Source: Eledone cirrhosa (lineage: Eukaryota). Taken from it: a stretch of 64,000 nt of DNA. How positions within the stretch are numbered: position 1 is the stretch's first letter; each line of letters opens with the position of its first letter. The notes under the pieces were generated by a model, which worked only from the letters and a program-made list of their open reading frames with translations, was not told the origin of the DNA and made no database searches. The stretch lies in contig OZ024745.1 of the NCBI GenBank assembly GCA_964016885.1, positions 13,268,001 to 13,332,000 of the forward strand, written 5' to 3'. Shown piece after piece: positions 25,512 to 38,777 of this stretch. The position numbers and the translations under genes were made by a program.

Positions 25512-26162
25512 TTTAAAATAATAATAATAATTGTTTATAATTTATTCAAAGGGCCAACAAATTTAGGGAGAAGGGGAAAGTATATTATACTGACTTAAAA
25601 GGCAATACCCCAGTATGGTCGCAAGCCATTGACTGAATCCAGTGAAAGAATAAAAGAATAACATCTCGTCTCTATGTGAATAACCACGTCGTTCTCTATG
25701 TGAAGACGTGTGTCAATATAATTAATGATTATACAGGAGACAAGAATTATCTGGAACAATCATATTTTGGTTGGAGAAAAGAATGTGATAAGAATCTAAG
25801 AGACCTTCCGTGTTATAACTTGTTTCAACATGTCTGTTATTGCATCGCTTGTCTCCTTTACACACTTCTAAATCAAATACATACATACTACATACACACA
25901 CACACACACATATATATATGCAGTTACACATACACACATTCACAGATATATAGTTGCTTACACATCTATACATACATCTATACATACATATGTAAACTCA
26001 CACATGCACGCAAACACACATATACATGTTTATACAGAAATTCATTCCTTGTTTGGCAAGTGATTTGACCTGAGATCCTATATTAAACCTAAAATAAATA
26101 TTGCTCTGTGATGGTAATATTAACAGATTTAATAAACACACAAAGGATTTTAAATGGAATTC

Positions 26163-26299
26163 TACAGGCTGCGGCAAAAGTTACGCTCTTTTTTAAACCT
26201 TATACATTGAACGAAAATAAATTGCAGCAGTTTTAAGAAGAGTTTTTCGTTCAATGTTAAATAAATAGAAAAAGGGCCTTATTTTTGCAGCACCCTCTA
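26163..26299. mobile_element. Tc1/mariner-type MITE
   Basis: tacaggctgcggcaaaa..ttttgcagcaccctcta ends; internal IR acattgaacgaaaa/ttttcgttcaatgt. Confidence 0.6.
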
Positions 26300-26462
26300 T
26301 TTTAAATAATATTTTATGAAGTCTGTGTCTAATTTCCATTTTTTCTTCTTCTTATCCAGTTTCAACCTGAGTCGAAATTTCCATGATGAACAATTAATTA
26401 CGCTAACAAATACATACCTATCAAACTAAGTATACTGACCATTTCACCTATTTTCTATATCC

Positions 26463-26582
<120 letters not shown>

Positions 26583-26667
26583 AGAAGTTATATTTAATTT
26601 GTTAGGATACAACAAGCAAATATTTTTATAACTGATATAAAGCACTCAACACATTTTTGGAGTAAAA

Positions 26668-27013
26668 ATACAATATATTAACAAATAGAAACTATATTTA
26701 TAAAACCATATTTATTTCATTATACATATTTCAAGGACACCAAAGCAAATTATGGTGCGCTTTCATCAGATAAAATATAATATAGATCAGTTTTATAAAC
26801 AAATATTGACATACCCTTAAAGAATGCGACCATGTCGGTTGGAAGCTCCGGATAGTGGGGTTACTAATTTTATTATTGGTCTATTATGCAAATTAGTGTC
26901 GGTTTAAATCCCGTACATTTAAATTAAGCCGTTGCTTTGGTGTCCTTGAAATATGTATAATGAAATAAATATGGTTTTATAAATATAGTTTCCATTTGTT
27001 AATATATTGTATA
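26668..27013. mobile_element. Fold-back element (~80-bp arms) with hammerhead core on minus strand (26720-26775)
   Basis: Arms 26668-26748 and 26932-27013; minus strand CTGATGA-aagcgcacca..tggtgtcctt-GAAA-tatg-TA; related fragment at 18822-18915. Confidence 0.75.
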
Positions 27014-27022
27014 TATATATGT

Positions 27023-27345
27023 AGAGAGAGATAGATTTAAAAGTGTTGAAGTCAGTGTTGCAGCATATGTACAAACTTTATTTACATATTACAATTGTTT
27101 CGATATCGATCAGCTCAGGGTTACAATCAAGGTGCAGAGGCCCGACTCTTTTTCGAGATCTCGTCAGATAGACGAGTTTATATGAGCAAAGACACATCTA
27201 AGTTCGCATATCTGACGAGATGTGGAAAAAGAGTCGGATCCCATTATTCTACTCTGAGCTGATCGATATCGAAACAATTGTAATATGCAAATAAAGTTTG
27301 TACATATTTTGCAACACTGACTTCGACTCTTTTAAATATCTCTCT
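27023..27345. mobile_element. Fold-back element with hammerhead ribozyme
   Basis: Arms ~27030-27170 and ~27209-27345 are reverse complements. Confidence 0.85.
27206..27288 (+). ncRNA. Type I hammerhead ribozyme, canonical core
   Basis: gcatat-CTGACGA-gat..atc-GAAA-caattg-TA-atatgc; perfect 6-bp stem I. Confidence 0.8.
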
Positions 27346-27347
27346 CC

Positions 27348-27471
<124 letters not shown>

Positions 27472-29431
27472 CATCATAAGCAGGATTATAGGTGTAGTTA
27501 TGTTCTGATGGGGAGACTAAAATATTTGAAATGCCTACAACGATATTTATTACCTTATGTTTTTCTGCGTACGGAGGAATAGTTGAAAGTACTTTACACT
27601 TAATGTTTTCCAAAGCGAAGTCTTTTAGCCCCTCTCCCACACCACCACCAACAGCAACAACAGTAGGTGCAACTTCATCAAATTTACCATATAATATAAT
27701 GGTTTCTGATTTAGGCATAAGGCATTTTGGGTGAAGGGATAGTCGATTAAATCGACTCCAGTTTGTAACTGGTTCTTTATTTTATCGACCTCGTAAGGAT
27801 GAAAGGGATTTGAACTCTTTCGGGGTTGATAAAATAAAATATCATTTCTTTGCTGTCGATTAGCAGTATTGTTAGAACTTTGGGCAGGATGCCTTTTGGT
27901 ATTTGTTTCGGCTCTTTGTGTTCTGAGTTCAAATATTCTTTGGCCTACATTAGTAGTACACTTAATCCGTCACCCGGTTTAACACCAGCACCTCACCCCT
28001 AAGTGTCTTTAGCGACGTTCAATCTGGTGCAAGCATTCGGGTGAGGCTGATGCTTTTTACTCCCTCCCATGAATCTTGGGAGCCCTGAAAAGTGACAGGG
28101 ACTCTACTTTCTCCACTCCAACTTAATATTACAAAATTAAGATTTGTAAAGATGACGGTGGGAGATTATGTTGAGTTGAACAAGTGGATAATAATCCGAT
28201 GTGAAAGTTCTGGAAGGATTTGGGAAGTGAAGTAAATTGTGTGTCATTCATTGTCGAAAGATTTCACGAAAGAAAGAAAAGGCGCCGATTGTTAGATCGG
28301 ACTTAGGAAATATTTTTGATATTGCTAATGCTATCTGCCGGTTGCTTATCTTGACATAATGTGGTGAGATTTGAACTCAGAACACACCAATCCACCGCCT
28401 ACTGGACTGCTAATATATTTATCAATCTTGAAAGACTATAAGGCAAAGTTGATTACGGAGGGATTTGAACTCAGAATGCAATAAACCGGAACAAATACCG
28501 AAGTATTTATTCCGATGTAGAAATACTCAATAAATAAACTGGGTTTCATGTTACCCACCTTGTTGCCCTATAGACAGTTCCGGGACTGTTCTTTCTTCTA
28601 AAGTAAATCCATTTGATACAACAACTTCATCATATTCGTCCATGTAATCCGCTGTATTTCAGTGAACGTCCGACTCCGAACTCAGATTAAACTCTATCAA
28701 CTGAGTGTAAACTGATCGTACATAGGAACACTTGGTTTTATGAATCATCTAGTGATAGTGGTGGTGATGGAGGTGGTGGTGGTGGAGGTGTTGGTGGTGG
28801 TGGTGGTGATGGTGGTGGTGGTGGTGGTGGTATTGGTGGTGAGGACAGCTAGGGCCATCTATAGTATCTTAGTGATAGCTATCGATGATCAGTATCTTCT
28901 GTTACTTAGTAATTCCGGTGTATTGGTGCGAAACACTCGAACCGATATCAACAGATAAGTTGATGTGTTTCAACTTGGTTTGAAATGAAAGTATGGCTGT
29001 TATGAAGATTAGGACTTGGAGAAAATATATCAAAGTCGAACACCGTGGCCCAAACAATACCAACGCCAACTCTCTGTTCATATTAAATCTCTCTAATAAA
29101 TGTTTATAATGTAAATCTAATTGGTAGTGTGTTTAAATCAGTGGTGCTTAGCTTTTATTTTGTTCCATGCTCTACCATCACACCTAAACAAAAAAATCTT
29201 CTTCTTCTTCTTCTTCTTCTTCTTCTTCTTCTTCTTCTTCTTCTTCTTCTTCGCCCATTAAAAATATTTACTGTAAAAGTTACAAAAATGTCCCTTCCCG
29301 CCATTCTTGGAGGGCCTGAAATAATGTGGGGTGACGGATGTTACATATTCCTCCTTGATTAAACGATAAATATGAATAGTTTGGCCTCTTTAGAAATAAC
29401 CGCAAAATGTCTCTCTAATCAGTGGTAAGAA

Positions 29432-29895
29432 ACTCTCAGGAGAGCTGGATAGCAGAAGGTCTTCAGAGAAGACACTCTCAGGAGAGCTGGACAGCAGAAG
29501 GTCTTCAGAGAAGACACTCTCAGGAGAGCTGGACAGCAGAAGGTCTTCAGAGAAGACACTCTCAGGAGAGCTGGACAGCAGAAGGTCTTCAGAGAAGACA
29601 CTCCCAGGAGAGCTGGACAGCAGAAGGTCTTCAGAGAAGAAACTGCCAGGAGAGCTGAACAGCAGAAGGTCTTCAGAGAAGAAACTGCCAGAAGAGCTGG
29701 ACAGCAGAAGGTCTTCAGAGGAGAAACTGTCAGGAGAGCTGGACAGCAGAAGGTCTTCAGAAAAGAAACTCTCAGGAGAGCTGGACAGCAGAAGGTCTTC
29801 ACAGGAGAAACTGTCAGGAGAGCTGGACAGCAGAAGGTCTTCAGGGAAGAAACTCTCAGAAAGATGGACGGCAGAAGGTCTTCAGAGAAGAAAAC
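29432..29895. repeat. 42-bp tandem repeat (~11 copies)
   Basis: Unit ctctcaggagagctggacagcagaaggtcttcagagaagaca. Confidence 0.95.
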
Positions 29896-30246
29896 CCTCC
29901 CACACAGAAGCAAGTGTTTTGGCCCTTAACTTCTAAAATGTATTAAATGTGTGGAAGAACGTATTGAAAAATGTAGTTTTAAATTCACTTTGTCTGAAAT
30001 AATACGAAAAATATTCATGGATGGATTAACGATAGATCTTTGATAATAGATCTTTGGCGATAGGTTTTTGACGATAGGTCTTTGACTGTAGGTCTTTGAC
30101 GGTAGGTCTTTGACAGTAGGTCTTTGGTGATAGGACTTTGGTGATAGGTTTTTGCCAATAGGTCTGCTTCATAAGAGCTGAATTGTGGTTGAACAACATG
30201 TATGATAACATTTTTTCATTAACTATTTCACAAAATATAGACTTAC

Positions 30247-30424
30247 CATCTTTGATGTAAAGGTCAATCTCAAACATGTAATTCTTCACTTGAATAGATT
30301 CCAGCTGGTAATCAACCTGACAGACTCGAAGAATTCCAGAATGTTCTCCACATGGCACACGAAGCTCGCTGCTATAGAAGTCATATGCCTTCAACAACAG
30401 TTCCACTTTGGTCAAACTTTCATC
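30247..30424 (-). CDS. Internal coding exon of host gene
   Basis: Acceptor tttctgtcttcttcctcggaacAG, donor G|GTAAGT. 178 nt, phase 0 to 1: DESLTKVELLLKAYDFYSSELRVPCGEHSGILRVCQVDYQLESIQVKNYMFEIDLYIKD. Confidence 0.85.
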
Positions 30425-30914
30425 CTGTTCCGAGGAAGAAGACAGAAATAAGATCTTTTATATATATATAGAGAGAGAGAGGTATAGACAGTCACTCTCT
30501 CGCAGCTGGCCACTTCCTAACACTTTCACTCACTCACTCTCTGCTACTCCCGCTCTCTCACTTCCTCCTGTTTGACCTGTGTGAAATCCTTTCCTCGCTC
30601 ACATCTCACCCAGGTCGGATGGTCTGTATCTCTCCTCGTCTATGATTTCACCGAACTTAAGTTCACAGATATCACGGACTTGTTTCTCCTTTTCCTCTCT
30701 TTCCATTGCATCACCATCTCTGTTTGTTTACATGTCTCGCTCGCTTCACCCTATTTTACGTGTCCCAATAACTTTTTTTAGTTATTTCTCGCACCAGCCA
30801 GAGGTATATGATCTTTAATGCGAAGAAATACCAATGACGGTTGGAAGATCACTGATGAAGGACTAATTTTATTCATATGTATCCCATTTGCAACAACGCA
30901 GCACGCCATTTTTC

Positions 30915-31052
<138 letters not shown>

Positions 31053-31492
31053 ATACTTTGGGAGGGCCATGTTGCCAATAATATATATATAAATGAATCC
31101 AGAAATTGATTGATTTTAGACATTGCAGTTTAGTTGGTGTGAGGGTAGGTTAGTGGGCAGGTAGGTGTGTTAATTGGAATGAACCTTCGTCGGATTTGAC
31201 GATGAATGTTCCAGTTTTTCCCTGAACGGAACAGCTTCGTAAAAATTTACATTTCAACAAGTCAATGAGTATTTCACAGACACGTGTACCCTTAACGTAA
31301 ATCTTTGGGTGGTTCAACGTGATACAGTATGTGACAAGGCTGGTTCTTTGAATTACAGACAATATCCATCAAGCGGGCTTACGAATAGGTTCCGCCTACC
31401 CAATTTCACTTACAAGGCTTGAGTTGACCCAATGTATGGTAAAAAAGATGCCAGGTAGTCGGATCAGATCCGGGATATTTTAAAGTATGAAT

Positions 31493-31716
31493 AGTTAATC
31501 CTGCAATGGACCAGTGTCCTGTACTTTCAGTCACTTAACACCAAGAAACCCGGGATATAAGCACTGGCCTGCTGAGCCTTCGGCTAAGAGTGAATATCAG
31601 CAGTAGCTGGGGAGTTAATCCTGCGAAAAACCGGCGTTCTCTCCAGGGAGAGTCCTGTATTCCCAAGCGCTCAACACCAAGGAAACTGGGGGATAACCAA
31701 CGGCCTGATGAGCTTC
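31493..31716 (+). mobile_element. Two degenerate Nin-domain-like SINE fragments
   Basis: gttaatcctgcaatggaccagtgtcc..gaaacccgggatataagcactggcctgctgagcc and a second similar block; resembles the Nin-DC SINE domain as recalled, not aligned. Confidence 0.45.
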
Positions 31717-31756
31717 AGGTGTAGAACAGAATAGGAGAATAAGACGATAACATTAC

Positions 31757-31914
31757 CTGTCCGTAATTAACAAGGAGAAAAACTTTGCCATCGACATTAA
31801 CTGGTATAGATTTCTTCCAGTGATAGCGACATGTAGCATACTTCTCCTTTTCCATGGTAGAGACGATCTCTTCAGCTATCTGACCAGCAGCTTTCACAGC
31901 ACCACACTTACCTA
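31757..31914 (-). CDS. Internal coding exon of host gene
   Basis: Acceptor ttttttttctacattacAG, donor CAG|GTAATG. 158 nt, phase 1 to 0: GKCGAVKAAGQIAEEIVSTMEKEKYATCRYHWKKSIPVNVDGKVFLLVNYGQ. Confidence 0.85.
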
Positions 31915-32041
31915 CTGTAATGTAGAAAAAAAATGATGATAGGGATGGTGGAGATGATGGTGACGGAGTTTAATGTTTCCTGCTCTTGCAGATGTTCATT
32001 AGCTCCCCCCCCCCCCACACACACATATATATATATATATA

Positions 32042-32114
<73 letters not shown>

Positions 32115-32122
<8 letters not shown>

Positions 32123-33622
32123 ATACTTTGGGAGGATTATGTTGCCAATAAGAAACACACGCACCAGTTGCTTTCACTTCAATTTATTATAATAAATTTA
32201 TAAATTTAGGAATTTATAAATTTCCGGTTGGTTGGTTGGTTCCACAACCAGATGGTTGTTTATATATTGTCAAAGTTCTTTCGTCAAACATTCTGTGACC
32301 TCTTCAGTGACTGGGGATTCTTTTCTTTGTTTTTGTGCCTCTCCTTTGTTCTGTCCTACGCCATCTTGTTTCTGTGTGTGTGCTGTGTGCTCAGTCTGCG
32401 CATGCGCCACATCCGGGTGTCTGTGTGTGTTTATATTCGTTTATTTATTTGTTTATTTACATGTTACTGGTTGGTTGTTTGTTTTATGTGCGTGTATGTT
32501 TTCATTCTGTCCTTAATTGTAAGTTGTGATGTTGCTGTTCCACTCATGTTTTCTATTTAATTTTGGTTGGAGTTCATTTATGTTTATTGCATCTGTGATT
32601 TGTCTAAACATTGCGTCTTTTCTGTGTGTAGATTCTATTTTTATTTCTATGTTCTCTAATTTACCCTTATGTTCTATTTTAGCATGTTGGTAGAGTACAG
32701 ATGATTCTTTACTATCTTGAAGGTCTCGCCAGTGTTCATTTATCCGTTCCCCTATACTACGAGCTGTCTCACCTATGTACACTATATTTTTTCTCTACAT
32801 TGTCCTTCAGTACATCTTATGCTATATACTACATTTCTAGTTTTACAGTTAATATGGGGGCTTAATTTACAGATTATACATTTCTTATCTATACAGGGAG
32901 GTCTTTGAAAAGGGTATGTCTTGCTAATAAGTGTTTTTATGGAGGTACCTCGTCTTTCTACTATCTTAATATTGAGTTTATGTTTATCTAGGGCCCTTCT
33001 AAATTTGTAAGCTAATTCACCTCTAGGGGTTGTATCGATGAACATTACACTCTGGTATTTATTGCTATCATACCATGAGTTTATTCTATTAGCCTTATTC
33101 CTAGTTCTTTCTATTCTATTCCAAAATTTGTTCCTATACAAGGGGCAGGTCCCATTTGTGTCATTATTTACCATTTTTTCCATTTGGTTCTGGCTCCTCT
33201 ATATACTCTGATTTTATCTCTCTGATTGTAACCAGAGAACTGCATACGGTGGATGAAGTGTTGTATGTGTCTCTCTAGTTATTCGGGGTTGCACATGCGG
33301 GACACGTTTCTCATCACCCGTACCAAATCCGCAATCAGATCTCCCTGCACACAGCACACACACAGAAACAAGATGGCGTAGGACAGAACAAAGGAGAGGC
33401 ACAAAAACAAAGAAAAGAATCCCCAGTCACTGAAGAGGTCACCGAATGCGTGACGAAAGAACTTTGACAATATATAAACAACCATCTGGTTGTGGAACTA
33501 ACCAACCAACCGGAAATTTATAAATTTATAAATTTATAAATTTATTATAATAAATTGAAGTGAAAGCAACTGGTGCGTGTGTTTCTTATTGGCAACATGA
33601 CCCTCCCAAAGTATAACAATAT
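32115..33622 (-). mobile_element. 5'-truncated Penelope-like element (Cys-rich linker + GIY-YIG) flanked by ~275-bp inverted pLTRs
   Basis: ORFs 32782-33183 and 32513-32782 (frameshift): CIDKKCIIC..CKTRNVVYSIRC..YIGETARSIGERINEH; arms 32115-32390 and 33347-33622. Confidence 0.92.
33426..33468 (+). ncRNA. Minimal hammerhead ribozyme in pLTR (inverted copy 32269-32311 on minus)
   Basis: gtca-CTGAAGA-g gtcac cgaatgc gtgac-GAAA-gaac-TT-tgac. Confidence 0.8.
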
Positions 33623-33789
33623 CGGTTTCAACACACGTTTTCAGATAAAGAAGCTTGCTAAACAAATTCAGAAACGAATTATATATATATATATATGTAT
33701 GTAAAAGGTAAACAGAAATAACAACACAATCGGTACAGTATATGGAAGAGATATATTAGTTTAACGCTTGAGATATAGCAGGAAGAGGG

Positions 33790-33828
33790 TCTCAACGTTT
33801 CGGACGCTAGTCCTTCATCAGAAGAGAG
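33790..33828 (-). ncRNA. Minimal hammerhead ribozyme of a PLE 3' remnant
   Basis: Minus strand: tctctt-CTGATGA-a ggac tagc gtcc-GAAA-cg-TT-gaga. Confidence 0.75.
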
Positions 33829-33935
33829 AATGAGAAATAAGATAGACAGAGGGGACGGGCGGGGTGGAATTGGAAAAAAACGTCTTTAGATGAAAAATAA
33901 CAGGCCCATTCATGTTGACATTTCTTGCAATATAT

Positions 33936-34055
<120 letters not shown>

Positions 34056-34301
34056 TATTTATTGTTTCTTCTTTTTTTCACTTACTCATTGTCAATTTCT
34101 TGGATAACTCACTTTTCTGCTAAGTCTAGGTTTTTATTGTTGGCCACATGATTTGTTCAAAGTATGGTAACCCAATTTAATATATATTTCTGGCCTTCCA
34201 TAGTTTTCGTTTCACATACACGTCACTGTTATTTTGTAGAATATTAACATAATGTGTGTATGTATACAATATAATGTTTTATACGAACACATGCATATGT
34301 A

Positions 34302-34385
34302 TATATTGGGCTGTAACATAAATTCCCGCCGTTTTCCCATTAAGAAGTTTTATAACAACGGCGGGAACTTATGTTACAATTCTAT
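34302..34385. mobile_element. Mariner-type mini-MITE hairpin
   Basis: tgtaacataaattcccgccgtt / aacggcgggaacttatgttaca. Confidence 0.6.
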
Positions 34386-34408
34386 ATATTTGTGTGTGTT
34401 TGTGTGTG

Positions 34409-34490
<82 letters not shown>

Positions 34491-34874
34491 CATCTTTACC
34501 AATAAACATCAGGTTTACGAAGTGACATTATTTAATTCGAATTATCACGTTTACTCATTCATCCTCCACCATAACTACTTACGACAGCATTGTAACGGAG
34601 AGAGAGAGGGGGGAGAGATAGGGAGAGATAGACGGGGGTAGTGAGGGAGAGAGGGAGGAGGTAAAGAGGGAGAGAGAGGGGGTAGAGAGACGGGGTAGAG
34701 ATGGAGAGAGAGAGGATAGAGAGGGGGTGAGGGAGAAGATAGTGAGAGAGTGAGAGAGGGAGGAGAGAGCTATCTAATAACTAAAGTCCACAATTGTTTC
34801 AATATTGTGAAGAAATCAACTCCCCCACTCCATTTCCTGCTGGTCTAACTTCTAGAAATGTCATTAAATAATGG

Positions 34875-36186
34875 ACACAACAACAATATATACACCAACA
34901 CCACCAACACCACCAACAACACCACCACCAACAACAACACCACCAACTACAACACCACCACCACCACCAACACCACCAACAACACCACCACCAACAACAA
35001 CACCACCAACAACACCACCACCACCACCAACACCACCAACAACACCACCACCAACAACAACACCACCAACTACAACACCACCAACACCACCAACACCACC
35101 ACCAACAACAACACCACCAACTACACCACCACCAACACCACCACCAACACCACCAACAACACCACCACCACCAACAACAACACCACCAACTACAACACCA
35201 TCAACACCACCACCAACAACACCATCAACAACACCATCAACAACACCATCAACAACACCATCAGCACCAACGCCACCAACAACAACACCATCAACACCAC
35301 CAACACCACCACCAACACTACCACCATCACCACCACCACCACACCAACACCCCCTCCACCACCACCACTACCACCACCACCACCAACACCACCTCCGCTA
35401 CCACCACCACCACCACCACCACCACCACCACCGACAACAACAACACTACCACCATCACCACCACCACCAACACCACCACCACCACTACCACCAACACCAC
35501 CAACACTACCACCATCACTACCACCATCACACCAACACCAACTCCACTAACCCCCCCCCCCCCCATCCTCCACCACCACCATTACCACCACCACTACCAT
35601 CACCATCACCACCTACACCACCACTACCACCACTACCATCACCTTCACCACCAACAGCACCACTACCACCACTACCACCACCACCACCACCACTACTACC
35701 ACCACCACTACCACCACCACTACTATCACCACCACCACCTACACCACCACTACCATCACCTTCACCACCAACACCACCACTACCACCACCACTACCACCA
35801 CCACTACAATCACCACCACATCAACAACCATCACCACCACCACCACCACCACTACCATCAACTCCACTACGACCACCACCACCACTACTATCACCTCCAC
35901 CACCACCACAGCCAACACTACCACCTCCACCACCACCACCACCACCATCACCTCCACCACAACCACCACCACCACAACCAACACCACCACCTCCACCACC
36001 AACACCACCACTACCACCATTGCTACCACTACCACCACCACCACCAGCACCACCACCACTACCACTCTACTGTCGACATCAACACCACCACCACTACTAC
36101 CACCATCACCACTACTACCACCAGCACCACTACTACTCTACTGTCGACATGAACACCCCCACCACCACCACCACCACCACCACCAC
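34875..36186. repeat. (ACC/AAC)n compound microsatellite
   Basis: Low-complexity triplets; the poly-T/P ORFs are artefacts. Confidence 0.95.
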
Positions 36187-36419
36187 TAGTTGGTTGCCAA
36201 GTAATCCATTGAAAAATACGTCGTGTCCAAGCTGTGTAGCACCTATGCGGAAGCACGTGTTTCGGTCTTTGTCTTGAGTACTACATTACAATAAAACAAA
36301 ACAACTACAGCAAAAAAGACATAGCCGAGAAGTTAGAATCATTGGAAGGACATCTTGTGTAATTGATGCGAAGAACGGAGGATGTGGTGGTGGTGGGAGA
36401 GGATTTAGCAGAAATGGAG

Positions 36420-36830
36420 TCAACAGATAGAGTAGGTTATGAATTCCACTGATTTAGATTTTACCTGAACTAGATCTGACATAGGAATAAGCTGTCGTGG
36501 TTGATTGGTTTAGAGTTTAATCTTAACTGGATTCAACAGAAGGACTAGGTTATGAATTCCACTGATTTAGATTTTACCTGAACTAGATCTGACATAGGAA
36601 TAAGCTGTCGTGGTTGATTGGTTTAGAGTTTAATCTTAACCGGATTCAACAGAAGGACCAGTTATTGAAGTTGACAGATTTAGGAGCTAACCCAAACTGG
36701 ATTAAAAGAAGAACAAGCTATTGTGGTTGACTGATTTAGGACTTAACTGAACCAGATCCAACAGAGGGATCAACTCTTTAGGAATTAACCTAAATAGGTT
36801 TCAACAGAAGGAGCAGCCATTGTGATTGAC
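36420..36830. repeat. 113-bp tandem duplication plus degenerate subunits
   Basis: taggttatgaattccactg at 36433 and 36546. Confidence 0.8.
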
Positions 36831-36854
36831 TGCTATAAGTTAAAAAGAGCTAGG

Positions 36855-37276
36855 AAGGATGTAAAAACAGGGGAAGTAGCATGGGGTATCAAGAATACTC
36901 TCTGATTGGATATCAAGAATATTCTCTGAGGTGTTAAAGATATCCTGCGACGCTGGGTACATGCTGGTTGCTAGCACGTTTAGTGAGGAATTAAAGAGAG
37001 GTGTTATCCCCAAAGACTGGAGTAGCTGCTTCATTGTGACCCAAGACAAAGATGTTTGAGAAGGAAGTAACTACATAGACATGCCTGACTCTCATAACCT
37101 ATGATAGCTGTAATGGTCTATTTTGAAATTAGTAACATCTCTTGTATTTGCCTCTCTAAAGAAAGAGCAGGCGGCGAATTGGCAGAGTCGTTAGAATGTC
37201 GGATAGAAGGCTTTGGGGTATTTGTTCCGACTCTCTGTTCTCTGAGTTTAAATCCCGCCAAGTCATAAAAGTGAGG

Positions 37277-37325
<49 letters not shown>

Positions 37326-38260
37326 ATAGTAAAGCTAATCAAGGAAAGGACTAGCTTAGATGTGAAACAGGTTGGGTTCGTGTTTGAATGTGAGATCATC
37401 GATGCCCCTTCTTTTAGAACCCGTAACCCCCGAAGGAGTCGTAAGGGCACCGTATAGACAAACGGCGTTTCTAGGGCATTTAAAAAAAACTTGGCGGAGC
37501 TCATCTTCCCTCCAGGTCTGAATATAGCAGATTTGTTTCCAGAGAAGGATAGAGAGTGTGAGAATGGAATTGAGAAAAAGATATAAAGGAAGAATCGACC
37601 ACAGTATTTGACTGGTACTTTTTTTTATCGACCATGAATGGATGAAAGGCAAATTTGACCTCGGCGGGATTTGAACTTAGAGAGAAGAGAGTCGGAACAA
37701 ATACCACAAAGCACTCTATCTGACGTTCTAACGACTCTGCATATTCTTTAGAGAGGCAAATACAAGAGAGGGTAATTAACCCCAAAATAGAGCAGTGCAG
37801 CTATTATTCGTTATGAAAGTCATTGAAGCTATGTTCAGGTGTGCTATCAGCTAAATATAAATTTAATTAACTCCGAAAGAAAAGAGGAGGTTATTGTCAA
37901 TTTGGAAGTGAATATATTCAATATAGAAAAAGCATTAAGGAGGAACTTGAAACTATAACAATTTAAATAATAGGCGAGCAAAAGGAGAAGTAACTCTCTG
38001 ACAACTGAAGTTGTGAGTCATAAGAGCATATAGAAATATGAAGAACGTTTTTTAGAAATAGTTGATAGATTCTGTCACGTAAGTGGCTTCGTCAACTGTG
38101 AAAGTGGAAGTTGTGCAAGCATAATAACCAGAGTAAGGATAGGGTAGGAAACGTTCGGAGAACAATAACATAGGTTGGCAATAAAGGGTTTCTCTCTCAA
38201 CAAATGAATAACAGACACTGATTGTTTATACACTATATGCGATATTGGCATGGGAAGGTA
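36855..38260 (+). mobile_element. Old RTE LINE remnant interrupted by SINEs
   Basis: Degenerate RT pieces GVIPKDWSSCFIV (~37000) and LEIVDRFC..SIITRVRIG..LAIKGFSL (~38050-38200); SINEs at 37168-37262 and 37590-37742. Confidence 0.5.
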
Positions 38261-38330
38261 ATTTGACAAGGACGCCTTTATTAACCTGATCCAAAGAACA
38301 ACAGACGGTTTACATACCATACCAACTTAC

Positions 38331-38409
38331 TTGTTACACAGTGTTGGCCGAACAATAAACATATTTCAATAAAAGAGCAAGAGACTTGCAAAACGAACTG
38401 ACTAATCAT
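38331..38409 (-). CDS. Probable first coding exon of host gene (exon 38496-38331)
   Basis: Acceptor ctatctccAG at 38498-38497; in-frame upstream TGA; aacATG at 38409; MISQFVLQVSCSFIEICLLFGQHCVT; donor A|GTAAGT, phase 1, matching the next exon. Confidence 0.6.
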
Positions 38410-38593
38410 GTTTGGAAGAATTCAATATCGAGTTTTGTTAAAAAGCTCCAAAATAAACAAAACAGTCTTCAAAGAAGCGACACAACAAAGAGAAGCCTGG
38501 AGATAGTATAACTATATTACTAGAAGGCTTTTGAATTTTATTCACCCACGGCTAGTTCTTTAATAAGTTCCAAAACTACTATAGTGAAATAAT

Positions 38594-38777
38594 TGTTTCT
38601 ACTTTAGGCACAAGGCCAGCATTACCCAGTTCATTACTGGTACTTTATTTTATCGACCCCGTAAGGATGAAAGGCAAAGTCAACCTCGGCGGGATTTGAA
38701 CTCAGATCGTAAAGGGACGTAACTATGCTGGAAAGCATGGCGTCCGACCCTCTACCGATACTGCCAATCCACCGCCA
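38594..38777 (-). mobile_element. Full-length tRNA-SINE with 17-bp TSD
   Basis: TSD tactatagtgaaataat at 38577 and 38778; A- and B-boxes on minus strand. Confidence 0.9.

Noticed and set aside
36188-36280. Possible extra exon (TQDKDRNTCFRIGATQLGHDVFFNGLLGNQL)
   Set aside because: Has an acceptor-like site, but the phase-1 frame needed by the model hits TAG and there is no convincing donor before the microsatellite
38690-38777. tRNA gene
   Set aside because: The A/B boxes belong to a SINE head; no cloverleaf
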